Source of the DNA: Massalongia carnosa
Taxonomy: Eukaryota
Length of the DNA: 64,000 bases
Reading direction: 5' to 3'
NCBI GenBank assembly: GCA_965645245.1
Contig: OZ287070.1
Span: forward strand, 310,001-374,000
Position numbers and translations under genes: made by a program
Shown: positions 51,056 through 64,000 of the stretch, piece after piece
Position numbering within the stretch: the first letter of the stretch is position 1
Layout: every line of letters begins with the position of its first letter
Notes under the pieces: model-generated
Told to the model about the DNA's origin: nothing
What the model saw: only the letters and a program-made list of their open reading frames with translations
Databases searched by the model: none

Positions 51056-54046
51056 AATTACTGCTTTTAGGTTTCAAGAGGAGAGGTGACGGGGCGAGAA
51101 GTTGTAATTAACTCCAGAGGGGGGGGGGATGCTTGCGTTCCGTTTGGAAAAAACATGATACCTGTGTACATATATGCATGCAAGTAGAATGTCGTGTGTC
51201 TTCTGAAAGCGCAATTCCGGACCTTGCCGGTGCGGTGCGGCACACATGCACCCGCGCATTTAATGAGTGCCATGTGGTCGTTTGTGTATTTTTATTCCTA
51301 CCTCTTTTAACTTAGTCGGAATACAGTTGGTGAAAGGTTTTTTCAATCACGTTGTTTCCATGGTTCGGGTTTTTCCCATCCAGAGCTCTCTCTTACGTAC
51401 TTTCCCGGGTTACTTCCAAGTTAACTTGGGTTGTGCATCTATGCATCTAGTCTTTGATTGTTTCGTTCTGGTCTTTTCTGGATGTGTCCAATGCGGGAAT
51501 TCCTCATCGTTGAGGTAATCTTGAAACGCGTGATTTTTTTTTAAAAAAGTTGACTTTTCCACCTACTCTCAAACTAGAATTCAACGCAAAAACCCGCTTC
51601 TGCTATGAATGAATGAATGAATCTTTCGCCAGTCGACATTTACTCAATACTATTTACTTTATACGTACTCTACCTGTCATAAATCGAGGCTTCCAGAAAT
51701 TGGAGACCCAATCGTTTTCGCTTGGAGGCTCTCCTCAACACTCCTCATTACTTCCCAGGCGCGTTGCAGGTCTTCTATCACAACTCTATCGACCTTAACC
51801 CAGGAAATTCTATCGACGTCCTTCAACTTCCTGATGAACAAAGTTCCCAACACAGCAGAACAACATGCGGACTGTGGCCTGTTGTATGTACAGTGTGAAT
51901 ACGGCACAGAAAAAAATTCAGCATGACATTTCTGGAAGATAACATCGGAATTCGACCACTTGTAGAAAGCATTGAACGCACTAGACGCTTCTGGGCGAAA
52001 AGTTTGGCCTGGTGTAGGAAATGAAAGCAGAGCTCTCGTTGACGATTTGAAACTTCAACGTAACTGGTTTAAAGTTACAGTCAGCGAGAATCTGCACGCG
52101 TTGAATAATGAGTGCTGTGCTTATTAAGTTAAAAGTGTGAGAAATTGATGAATGAAGTCGGAACTTATCGACAAGCAGCAAGAATAATCTCATAATACGG
52201 GTGATTAGGCAGAGAAGAAATTTTCTTCTAATTGATATATAATTCATCGTCTTATCGCTTTTGAACTTCGAGAAGTCTGATCGTTCATTAAATGTGTAGA
52301 GTGATAAAAGTGAGTTAATCTATTTCCGAAAAAAAAAAGACCATTTACGCGGAGGCTTGTAATCAACTCAATTTATCACAAGTCATCCCAGGAAAGCAGA
52401 CGAATAAAGCAAGACATCAGGTTAGATGTTTTTTAAAAAGAAAAATCCACTGCACGAGGAATACTAGATAGAAGAAACTGATGCTTTCCTGTAACAAATA
52501 CTACATCCTCGGAAACCTAGATAACCAGCCTGCGTTACAGAAACTTCATTTGCCAACCTTGTCTCCTTCCACAACAGCTTTCCCCTCATATATATCATCT
52601 AACACTATTATGAGGCGCAACCCCCCCCCCCCCCCCCACAGGGACTTCTTCCCATGCTGAACAGCCTTCCAGAATAAAGACTTAAAAGGGAAATCTTCAC
52701 GATCCTACTTAATCACCGTGGATATAACTGGGGAAAAAAAAAAAATCAACCGAATCATCATCAGCAGTTATCAACGCCTTTCATTACATAAAAAAGTATC
52801 CATCTACCTAGCACCAGCGATCGACACTTGCATCAAGGCTCCCATCGGTTTCTGCTCAAGTACATAAGTCTTGTGAAAGCAAGCCCTCTTTTCTCCCTCT
52901 CTCCGAGGAAGAAAACAGACTAGGTCAGAAAGCTTGCCCTTTCCCAATCCTCCAACCATATTGGCGAATTGACCTTCAGCACCCACTCCTCCGCTCCACC
53001 ATCTATCTACCTGGCTAAATATCCAGATATCGTGTTACAGGTCGGGGCGGCATCTATCGATCGGGCGACTGATTACCTACAGGAAGAGACACGCCCGTCC
53101 GAAGCAGAAAACGGAATTTGTGTGAAGCCGTTCTCTCCTTTTCCTTTCGTCTTGTTTTTTGTCTCGACAGTGCATGCCGTTTCCTTCCGTCTTGTCTTAG
53201 TTACGCAGAGCGAGCTTGAGGATTATAGAGGGATTCTCTGGTGGAGTTTGATGAGATTTGTTCTTCATCGTTTCTGTGAAGTTGGGATGAAGGAAAGAGT
53301 TTCTTGAAATTAACTATCTAGTAATATTCTAACATCAACGCTCATTGCTTCATGATGAGTTATTAACTGATTTCTTGTTCGCTTTCTCGACAAACAACCC
53401 CTCCCCAAATCTCAGCCCTTCAAGCCATAATCCCCCCCCCTCCCCCTCAAACCACTTCAAGTCAATCTGCTTCATAATTTTCATTTATATATTTCTCGTC
53501 ACATCATCATCATCATCATCTTCTTCTTCTTCTTCCTCCTCTTCTCTACCACCCTCTCTTTCTTTTCCCAAATTACGTAATAACCAACCCCCGTTTTCCC
53601 TGCGCTATTTCCATTTATTTTTCAACCCCTCAAACCCCTTTTCTCTCCCGGAGGCGTTCATCAAGAGATGGATATCCTTTCTTTTACCCCTCCTCTCAAA
53701 AGGTGGCGAAACAAACCGAAGAAGAAGTAGGAAGGAGGAAATAAAATAAACGATAACGAAAAGTGAAGTGAGGAAGAGAAAAAGAAAGTGGTTTAATGAA
53801 CCATAATTAATGAATCAAGAGCAAAAAGTACGATGATGATGAAGGAGTTACTTATTCATGTAAGCGGAAGTTCGCAAAGAAACGGTAGGTGTGGGGAAAT
53901 CGCTGCAAGTTGTTTCTATTTTATTAAGGCGGAGTTGAAAGGTGGAAAGTCCATCTATCGAGTTATATACATAGTGAAAATGCTTCAACGGACGGCTTTT
54001 TGCACGCTATCTAACGACGCCATTCAATGCCACCCCTGAAATCTCC

Positions 54047-57000
54047 TCAAACCCACAAATCAACCAGCCACCCCCCCAGCATACCTTCCAACAGCCACCA
54101 CCACCACGCCCCGAAGCCCACCAACCCCTTCGCTGCGCCTCCAGTGAAACCTTCAGATCCGCCCCCCGGTGCACTGGGGACTGGAACGGTCGTTGACGGA
54201 AAGCCCACGCCGCCAGGCCCCACACTGAGCGTTTCGTTGCCCACCACGACCGTGGTAGGGCTAGCGCTAGGATCGATGGGGTAGGGGGTGTTATTAATGA
54301 TCGCCTGGGTGGGGTTGAGGGAGAGGGCGACGTTGTCGACGGTAAGGGTGGTGGAAGGCGGGGATGGAGCCGCTTGACCTGGGGAAAGCGTCGGTGTGAC
54401 AAATACGATGGAGGGAAGTGGGCCAGGTGGAGATGGGCCGAAAGCGCCCATGATCAGAGCGCCTAGGCTGATGTCTTGTGTGTGCGTGCCCGTGCCGATG
54501 ACGACATCGGTTCCCTGAGCGTCGAGGGAGATGGGGGTTCCACCTACGGTGATCGCAGCGCCTAGAGACAGTATTTGGTTGCCTATCGCTAGGTTTGAAG
54601 AGAGCGTGGCGGTGTAGGTTGAAGAGCCAAGAGTGAGGGTGACGGCTGTAGTTTGAGATGGGCTGGCAAGCAGTGACGTACTAGATCCGATAATAATCGC
54701 CGATGCAGATGGCGCAAGACTGATTCTCGTTCCGGATATCGTTTGAGCCGCACCGCCTGCGATTAACGTTTGGCCTTCCACGACGATTTGAAAGTTCGGC
54801 GTCGCTGTGACGAGCGAGTGGCCGATTGTAAGGACAGGCGTGGGAAGGGGGATGACATCTGCAGGTCTGGGAGCAACTACGGAGAATGTCACGCCGTTCA
54901 CAACGGATGCGCTGGCGTATGATGGAACTGCGAGCGTTGGAACTTCTACCACGCTGCTGCCAACGTGAAGATACCCGGAAGAGTAGGCTATGACCTTTCC
55001 ATCCTGTGTGATGGGGGGTCCTCCTTCTGTCAATCTTACCCCCTGCACGTATATTTCTGGTGGGCTTGGGTTTTCCTGAAGTGCGTTTCCACTGAACGGT
55101 ACTACAGAGAAGCTCAACCCGTCCAGGGCAGATGCGCTAGTGAAGGACGGAGGGACAGTCTGCGGAATGGCTACTAAGTTGCTGCCCACATGAAGGTAGC
55201 CGGAGGAATATGCTATAGCTATTCCACCTTGCGTGATGGCGGGAGCTCCCTCAGTTAGCTCCACGCCCTGGACATATATCACTGGTGTGACTGGGTTTGG
55301 ATTTTGAACCTCTGCAGACAGGCTGATTGGAGGGGCATTAGCCACAATGGAAAATGCTAAACCATTTAGGTTGGATGCAGCTGTGTAGGATGAAGCAACA
55401 AGCATTGGGAAGGCTATGGCACTGCTGCCAATATACAGGTATCCAGAGGAATAGGCTATTTGTTTCCCATCTTGAGTGATGACAGGTCCTCCTTCAGTTA
55501 CCTTCACGCCCTGCACATATATTGCTGGTGCCACCGGATCTGAGGTATAGGGTCCCGGATCGGGGTTTCGCTGGGGGGAATCAGCTACTACGGAAAAAAG
55601 TAAGCCGTTCAAGCTAGAGGCAGCATTGTAAGACGGAGGAACACGTGTTGGCACAGCTATAGCGCTACTCCCAATGTGCAGGTATCCGGAATTGCAAGCT
55701 ATTGCTTTTTCAGCCTGAGTCATAGCAGATGGTCCTTCAGTTACTTTCAAGCCCTGAACATAAATGTTTGGTGCGATTGGGCCAGGATTTCCCGGTTCCT
55801 GATTTCCAGTAGCAGGATCACCCGGTGAAGAGCTGGTCTGTTCCACTGGTTTGGGCTCAGTTGCATGATTGGGTTGATTGGAAGACGCGGGGTCCGGCCC
55901 CGGTGGCTTCGAGTCGACATACACTTTTGGATTCGAGGGATCGCCTGGAGAAGGATTTATGGCGTTAGAACCCCCGGGACCTTGCTTGGGGGGATTTGGG
56001 TCCGCTGGAATCTGTGGATCGGGAACTAAACTATTTGGAGGCGTAGAACGTGGTTGTGATTGCTTTGCTTTGTCGGGGGCTTGATCTTGGGGACTGATTG
56101 GGGAAGAATCTTCGACTTGCGGAGGTGCTGGATCTGGCTTCGGAGAGGTTGCCTCTGGAGGTACTTTTGGATCAGGGTGATTACTAGTAGGTGGATTTGA
56201 AATATTAGGCCCTTTAGATTTCGGATCTACAGGGTTGGAATCTCCAGGTTTGATATCTTCAGGTGTCGGATCTTTAGGAGTGGACTCTATGGGAGTGGGA
56301 TTTTTAGATGTCGGTTCTTCTTTGGGTGTCGGAACTTTGGGGGTGGGGTCTTTGGGAGCGGGATCCTTAGGAGCAGGGTCCTTGAGAGTGGGGTTTTCAG
56401 GTGTTGAGTCATTTGGTTTTGGGTTGACAGGTCCCGTATCAGGGGGGGATTTTGCCTTTGGTGGAGAACTAGGTGAAAGACCCAAGTTCGCCTGAGGATG
56501 TGCCTTAGATGGAGTTGGTATGGCGTTAGCGGGGGTAGAGGCTGCCACGGGAAGGGCGGCAGCTTGGCCAGCGGTTGCTTTCTGTGAAGCCTGTGGGGCA
56601 TCGACCGCAGACGTTTGGGCCGCCTCCACGATGGTCAACCCATCAACCGGGGCCAATATACGGGGAGGATCATAGAAGGCGCCATACGAATGCACACATG
56701 TTGACCACCGTTGGTCGATATTGAGAACTTGAGGGGGAAGAGAGAGAAATGGGAAGCATGGATTATAATACCTGGTTTCGGTACCACCCGAGGAAACAAG
56801 AATATTGGTGCAGTTACTGGAAGCATGTGCAATCTTTGGTTAGAAGAGAGAGCAAGACGATCTGGTGAAAAGCAGAACATACTTACGAGTTAGTAATATC
56901 AGCGTAGTTGAAAGCCGTCCATTTATAGTCGTATGGAAAGAACAAGATCCCCCTTGCGTTTATGCCCGGACTGGTGGATAACTCAGTCGGCCCAAACGAT

Positions 57001-57690
57001 AATGTTTTGTTCTTATATGTCTGGCCTACGCGTCCGCATAGGTCATATGCTGCAAGGGAGCGAAATACAACATACGCCGAAGGTGAGACGCTGAATTTGA
57101 ATTTAGCATGAAGAGAGAAATAGTAAGGTGGGGGGGGGGGAGATATATGATGAGAAATTCCGCGCGTACAAAGTAAATCCAACATCGTTGACCAAAGCCG
57201 TGGCCACTGGAGTTGGTGCTGGTGTGGGCCAATAGGACAAATCCACATTTATTCCATCAATCTGGCACACCCCACAACAGGGTGGTTTGATGGTGAAGGA
57301 CCAGTCAGGATAATACCACTTCGGCCATCCAGGATAAAACGTTGTTAAGGCTCCAGTCGCTACATAATCAGAGTATTCAGACGACCAAGACGAGCCGCAC
57401 TGGCTTGCCAAAGAGCGATCAGTGAACGTTGTAAATGGATCCAGGTAAGTCGCAATAATGGCTCCTTCGCGGCCTTCTAGGTATTCAGTATGATATTGGG
57501 ATGGGATAAAGTCGGTGTCAACCAGAATTTCCGTTGGCAAGTCTGTAATGATTGTAGGTAACGGTATCAAAACCCGGGGAAGAGATGATAAGGGTATGAT
57601 GATCCTTGAAAAATTCCCGTGCGATGAATTGCCAAATGCTGCAGATCCCCTGGCCATAAACAAGAGTCCTGCGATGATTATGCCCAACAT
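54047..57690 (-). CDS. Large secreted/GPI mucin- or adhesin-like protein (exons 57690-57170, 57090-56887, 56816-54047; ~1164 aa)
   Basis: Signal peptide; Cys-containing N-terminal domain (CCGVCQI..YWP..FVSPSAYVVF..YDLCG..FNYAD..CFP..WSTC..YDPP); Pro/Asp/Lys-rich stalk; four ~78-aa beta-rich repeats; FTGGA plus hydrophobic tail; exon sum 3495 nt is in frame. Confidence 0.85.
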
Positions 57691-58601
57691 GATATTATGT
57701 ATATCAGCTATTATTTCGGACAAAAAAACATTATCAAATATATAAGTAACGAAGGAATCAAAGGATCACACATTGCCACCATTTTTAAACTAGCGGTTGA
57801 TTTCCTCTTCTTTTATCTTGAGGCTTATATTTAGGCTTCACCATGCCGAGCAACGGAAAACGGTCAAAAGATATGTATACGAACGCACCCGCACAAGCAA
57901 CATTTTAAGTGCAAGGCAGTGCAGCATATGTCGTGTAAGTTTTTGCCTGTAGCTTGATTCGCTAGGATCGAAGATTAATGTGATGCCGGTAGGACTTTAC
58001 CTATGTGGCACAGTGTAGTGCATACTCCGTAGAAACCAAGTAGAAGCTAAAATAGAAGCAGGAAAAGCAAACCAAGAAGCTTTCCTCAAGCCTCTCGGAG
58101 TTGTATCGTATTTGCAATCCCACAGATCCGCTACAAGCGTCTATCGCGTTGTCAAAGGAGATAGATGAAAGTTCCGAATAACAAATGATGGTGAATTTTA
58201 TACATTCGAGAAACGAAAACCATTACAGTGTACAGAGTTGTTGATCAAACAACATGCGTAGTAACATAGCATGAGAACAGGCATCCTATCTTTTCCTTTC
58301 CTTTATGTGTACCTACGTCGTTGACCCCGCAATTGGGTATTCATCCAGAATGCCTATCACAGAATACCTATTGCCTCTTCTGGTAAGCTCTGTCACGCTT
58401 GACCATTCCAGGTGTTGAGATCCGAAAGTTTATGCCGCTGCTCCATGTCGTTGCCGTGTTGTGCAAGAAACGGGTATCTACAGAGTAACTAGCTTAGTTA
58501 GCTACGGAAGAATATTGACCCAAAGACGTAGCGAGCACGTGAGATCTATAAGTTATATGTACGAAGAGTTGCTTGGGTGAGCAGTTTGATTGGCTAAGTT
58601 A

Positions 58602-60484
58602 TCCGTGCCGCGTAGCTGGCACTCAGTCCTGTGGAGAACACCCATATAACCGTTTCACCCATATAACCGAAAATTTAAATATTTTGACCAACCACCTTGA
58701 TAAATTATCATCAACATCATCATGTCTTCCACTTATCAGGAAATTGAGGCTCGAATTCAACTAGCTATTGATCATCTACGAAAAAATCCTACAGCTAAAA
58801 GAGCTAAAATTGCGCGTCAATTCGACGTGCCTTCGCAGCGTCTTCGTTTTCGACTTCAAGGTCATCCCCCCGCATCTGACGTACGAGGACTGCATGGATG
58901 TCGATTATCATCTGATCAAGACTTGGCCTTAGTCTTATATATTCAACGAATGATCGCATTAGGCCTTCATCCCCGTCTTCGAATGATAGAAGCAGCTGCC
59001 AATAAGTTGCTAATGCAGGGCTGGACTGATTCGACCCCACCACAACCATTGAGTCATGCATGGGCCACGCGATGGATGAGTCGTCATTCTGAATTTCAGA
59101 AGATTAAACCCAAGCCTGTTACAGCCGTACGAAAGAATGCGGAGGACCCGGTCGTTTTACGAGCTCATTTTAATCAGTACAGTCAGATAGTGCATGAGCA
59201 TGGCATATGTGATGAGGACAAATGGAATTTTGATAAGACGGGCTTTCGATTGGGCATCGCACGATCAGATTGGGTCATTACTTTAGCAGATGACAAGCAG
59301 AAAAAGGTGTTTCTAAAGATCCAGACAATCGTGAAAGTTTGACAGCCATCGAATGTATAAATGGCGCTGGGGGCAGCATTCCTTCATTTCTCATACTCAG
59401 TGGATTGATGATTCAAGGTTCATGGGCCGAAAATGATTTGAATGATGGAGTCATGCTTTCGACAGCCGAGACTGGTTATTCAAATGACTGGTTATCTATA
59501 GAATGGCTGAAGCATTTCGATAAGCACTCCTCAAAGAGTCAAAAAGGGGCATATCGACTGCTAATGATGGATGGTTATGGGTCGCATCATACTATTGAAT
59601 TTATTGAGTAATGCAATGAGGCCAAAATTATCCCCTTCGGCCTGCCACCTCATACGACTCATCTGTTGCAACCATTGGACGTCGTAGTTTTTCAGCCCCT
59701 GAAACATTGGCATGCTGAGGCGGTTAAGGATGCAATGGCCCATGGGGACGAGACGTTTAATAAGGTGGAATTTTTGAATGCTTTCAACTCGTTTCGAAAT
59801 AAAGCATTCAAAATTTCGACTATAAAATCGGCATGGAAGGCCGTGGGCATCATTCCTTTCGGTCCGTCCGTTGTCTTCGATAAATTGGGATCAGGGGCCT
59901 CGTACATTGAGGCCGATCCTTTGGCTGATATTTATGATCAAACGCCTGATCATTCGGATAATGATCTTTCGGACCCGCAAACTCCGAAGAATTTGAGTGC
60001 TTTGCTTCAAGCTTCGTATGAAATTGAGGCTCAATATCCGAAATTCGTCAAAGGCGCATTAGCATGTGCTCGAGAAAGCGAGCTGTTATCCGATCAATTA
60101 GCACTGACTAAAGCAGCCGAAAACGCTCGAAAGGTGAGGGGCAATCAGAGCAAGCATTACGTTCAAAAAGGAGGAGTTATTCAGGTGGATCAATGCAGAA
60201 GAATGACTTTCGAGCGAAAGGAGGAAGAGGAGCAATTGGAGTCGGATCGTCAGAATAAGGCTGATCGTCAACAACGAAAGCGATGGGGGCCGATATTTAG
60301 GGAGTTGAAACGGAAGTTACCATATTATATAGTGAATGGCTCGTATGGTTTATCAAAACGTTGATAACCTGATGTTTTTGGGCCTGTAGGTGAAATAGTG
60401 AAATTTTCGGTTATATGGGTGAAACGGTTATATGGGTGTTCGGCACTCAGTCCTGCGGACTGAGTGCCAGCTACGCGGCACGGA
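58602..60484 (+). mobile_element. Fot1/pogo-like (Tc1/mariner superfamily) DNA transposon, 1883 bp, TA target-site duplication
   Basis: TIRs 58602-58676 and 60401-60484 starting TCCGTGCCGCGTAGCTGGCACTCAGTCC, flanked by TA at 58600-58601 and 60485-60486; encloses a transposase. Confidence 0.95.
58722..60364 (+). pseudogene. Disrupted DD35D pogo/Fot1 transposase
   Basis: HTH/CENP-B-like N-terminus; WNFD(K)TGF, LMMDGYGSH, LPPHTTHLLQPLDV with 35 residues between the 2nd and 3rd Asp; 1-nt deletion frameshift near 59310 and in-frame TAA at 59609-59611. Confidence 0.92.
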
Positions 60485-61409
60485 TAGTTATGCGATAACT
60501 AGACAGCTAGCCTGTTACTTCCATACTCCATCTCACTGTCTCCCTCCCCTCAACAAATCCTGCGTTGCATCGGTCGAGAATCAGGCCGCTCGCTGTGCAC
60601 GGCTCAATGGATATGGGCAACCGGAGCGAAGGAGCGGGACGGGACTATAGGAGTAACCAGCTGAGAAATGGGCTGAATGGGGGATGTCAAACCTGGAGCG
60701 AGAAGTGAGGGAAGAAGGAGGGATGGATGGGTTGATGATGTCTGTATTACATGGGAGCGTATGGACCTTACATTTTGCCTCCCCGGTAAGGGATAACGGG
60801 TATAAAATGCATGATGATTCCTGGTCTTCCGAATACAGAATATAAGTGCTGTTGAAGGTGAATCGGGAGAAGAAGCTGTTTGAGTCCAAGAGAATATGTT
60901 CTTCAATAGGCATTGTTATTTATTTGAGATCTTCAATCATCCATTCATATATCATGGCTACTTTGGTCCACCCCTCCCCCTTCCCACTCCATGCTCCCCA
61001 ACGTCCTCGGTTTATATCTCTGGGGTTCTTTTCCGCACCCCCTCTCCCAAACTCGAGATTTCGAAGCTACAAGCGTATTCAAGTGACTCACACGAACTCT
61101 TCTTAACTCTCGATCTGCATTTTTCAGGAATACCGGCTGTTCGCCCAGCGTAGAGCGTAGTTGATTTTATGATCATATATCTGTGAGTATAACGTCCGAC
61201 GTGTGAGCTGTGCTGGGAGTTTTTGGCTCAACAGTCCACGCTATCCAGAGGATTTTTGATGGGAAATCGACTCGATCATATTCCGAAGTACAGACCAGGA
61301 AGTGCGAGCTGCTCGTTTTACCGACTCCATATAATCGTCCTGGCGGTGAGACGAAGTATCTTGAGAAGACAGTTGATGACAACTGACTCATTATTTAAAG
61401 TTTTCAAGC

Positions 61410-62856
<1,447 letters not shown>

Positions 62857-64000
62857 CTTGGTGAGACCGTTTTGACAGTAGCTTTACTATTTGAATTCTT
62901 CAAAAGCAAGCTGTACGAATACCCAAGCGAGTTATAGTGATTATAGTGACGAAAGAATTTACAGAATCGATCCCGCAAGCAGCAATCAAGATATCAGATC
63001 TTGCAGTGATGGATGACGAAGTAGGAAAAAGAAGAAATGATACAAATGAAAGAGGGAAGAAGATGGTTTAAACGCATTTTTGTGTCGAATGGATTCCGAC
63101 CAACGTCTTTTACCCGAACCGCAGTTTTCCGAGTGAACGCATCATCGTACCGGGTCGATAAGTTCAACAAGGAAAACCATTGAGATTGGGGACAAGCTTG
63201 GATTTGAAATGCTGTTCCTCTTTCACCTGATCAAAGACTCTTCAAAAAATATGCGCTGTGCTGTGTATAGTGTTTGCCTGGCAAGAGAGAAGCAATATCA
63301 ATGGATCTCGTAGATTAGAGCCACTTCGGAATTTAATCGGATTGGATTAGTCTACATCTTTCTTTCGGAGCTCTCGGACCACTTGAAGTTCCTGCATCAG
63401 TCAATGCAACTGATTCAGGTTTCATGCAAGGGATATAGCGATGCCGCTGAAACACAACACGGCACGTTCGGAGCTCGGAGTACTGTAGGTATTCATCGGG
63501 ATGAAATAAACGGCCCTTTGAAACTCTGTACAATAGGTATTCGCTCCTCGAGTCCACCAACGTAAAGAGAGAATCTGACGAGTTGGGAACGGTCTGAGCT
63601 GTAATTCTTATTGGGATGATACTTCGCGGACACAAACACCATCATGATCTAGACATTGCTTGATTGGTCTTAGGAAAACTGTGGAATGATAGGCTTCTCG
63701 AATATCGTTTGAGAAACTTTTCCATATCAGAAATCTCTGTTCGTTCAGTATTATCGAGACCGAAGTGGGTGACAGAACCGAGCGCATTTGAAAGCATCCT
63801 CCACACTAATCCAAATAGTACTCTGTACTGCTGTCCGAAAGATGTTCTCGCTCCGTGGTCACGAAACCGCTGTCCCATGAAATGCCATGGCCTTGGCCTG
63901 GATCTCCCGTCCTGCCGTGGTTCTGTCCCAGAGGTCTATCAGCCGCCTCACTAGCGAACTCTACGCGAAACTGATCACGTGCTAGTTATAAGGTAGCGAC

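Noticed and set aside
63333..64000. Short ORFs at the right edge of the window
   Set aside because: No recognisable domain and stops in all plausible frames; cannot support a gene call.

Overview
Eukaryotic DNA from a filamentous ascomycete (Pezizomycotina), judged from short GT-AG introns with CTRAC/CTAAC branch sites, a dispersed 5S rRNA gene and an intron-containing tRNA. About 16 protein genes are supported: a spliced secreted protein with a hydrophobin-type 8-Cys pattern, EDEM-like GH47 mannosidase (MNL1/HTM1) head-to-head with cytosolic PheRS alpha (FRS2), a Cys-rich GPI protein, an uncharacterised membrane protein, alkaline phosphatase (PHO8), three co-oriented small genes sharing an MC-x8/9-C[GD]H...C...C-x-P...C-x(n)-C motif, GH16 transglycosylase (UTR2/CRH2), a GH76, an NDUFAF3/Mth938 protein, a coiled-coil protein, a Kre9/KNH-type GPI protein with a PIR repeat, a large mucin/adhesin-like protein and GH5 exo-1,3-beta-glucanase (EXG1). 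A full-length but inactivated 1.88-kb Fot1/pogo DD35D transposon is also present. Genes are separated by homopolymer- and microsatellite-rich tracts. The best candidate for an undescribed system is the tandem triad of putative Zn-binding MC...C[GD]H genes (23.9-29.2 kb), one of which has an in-frame TGA. All calls come from reading the sequence; no searches were run.
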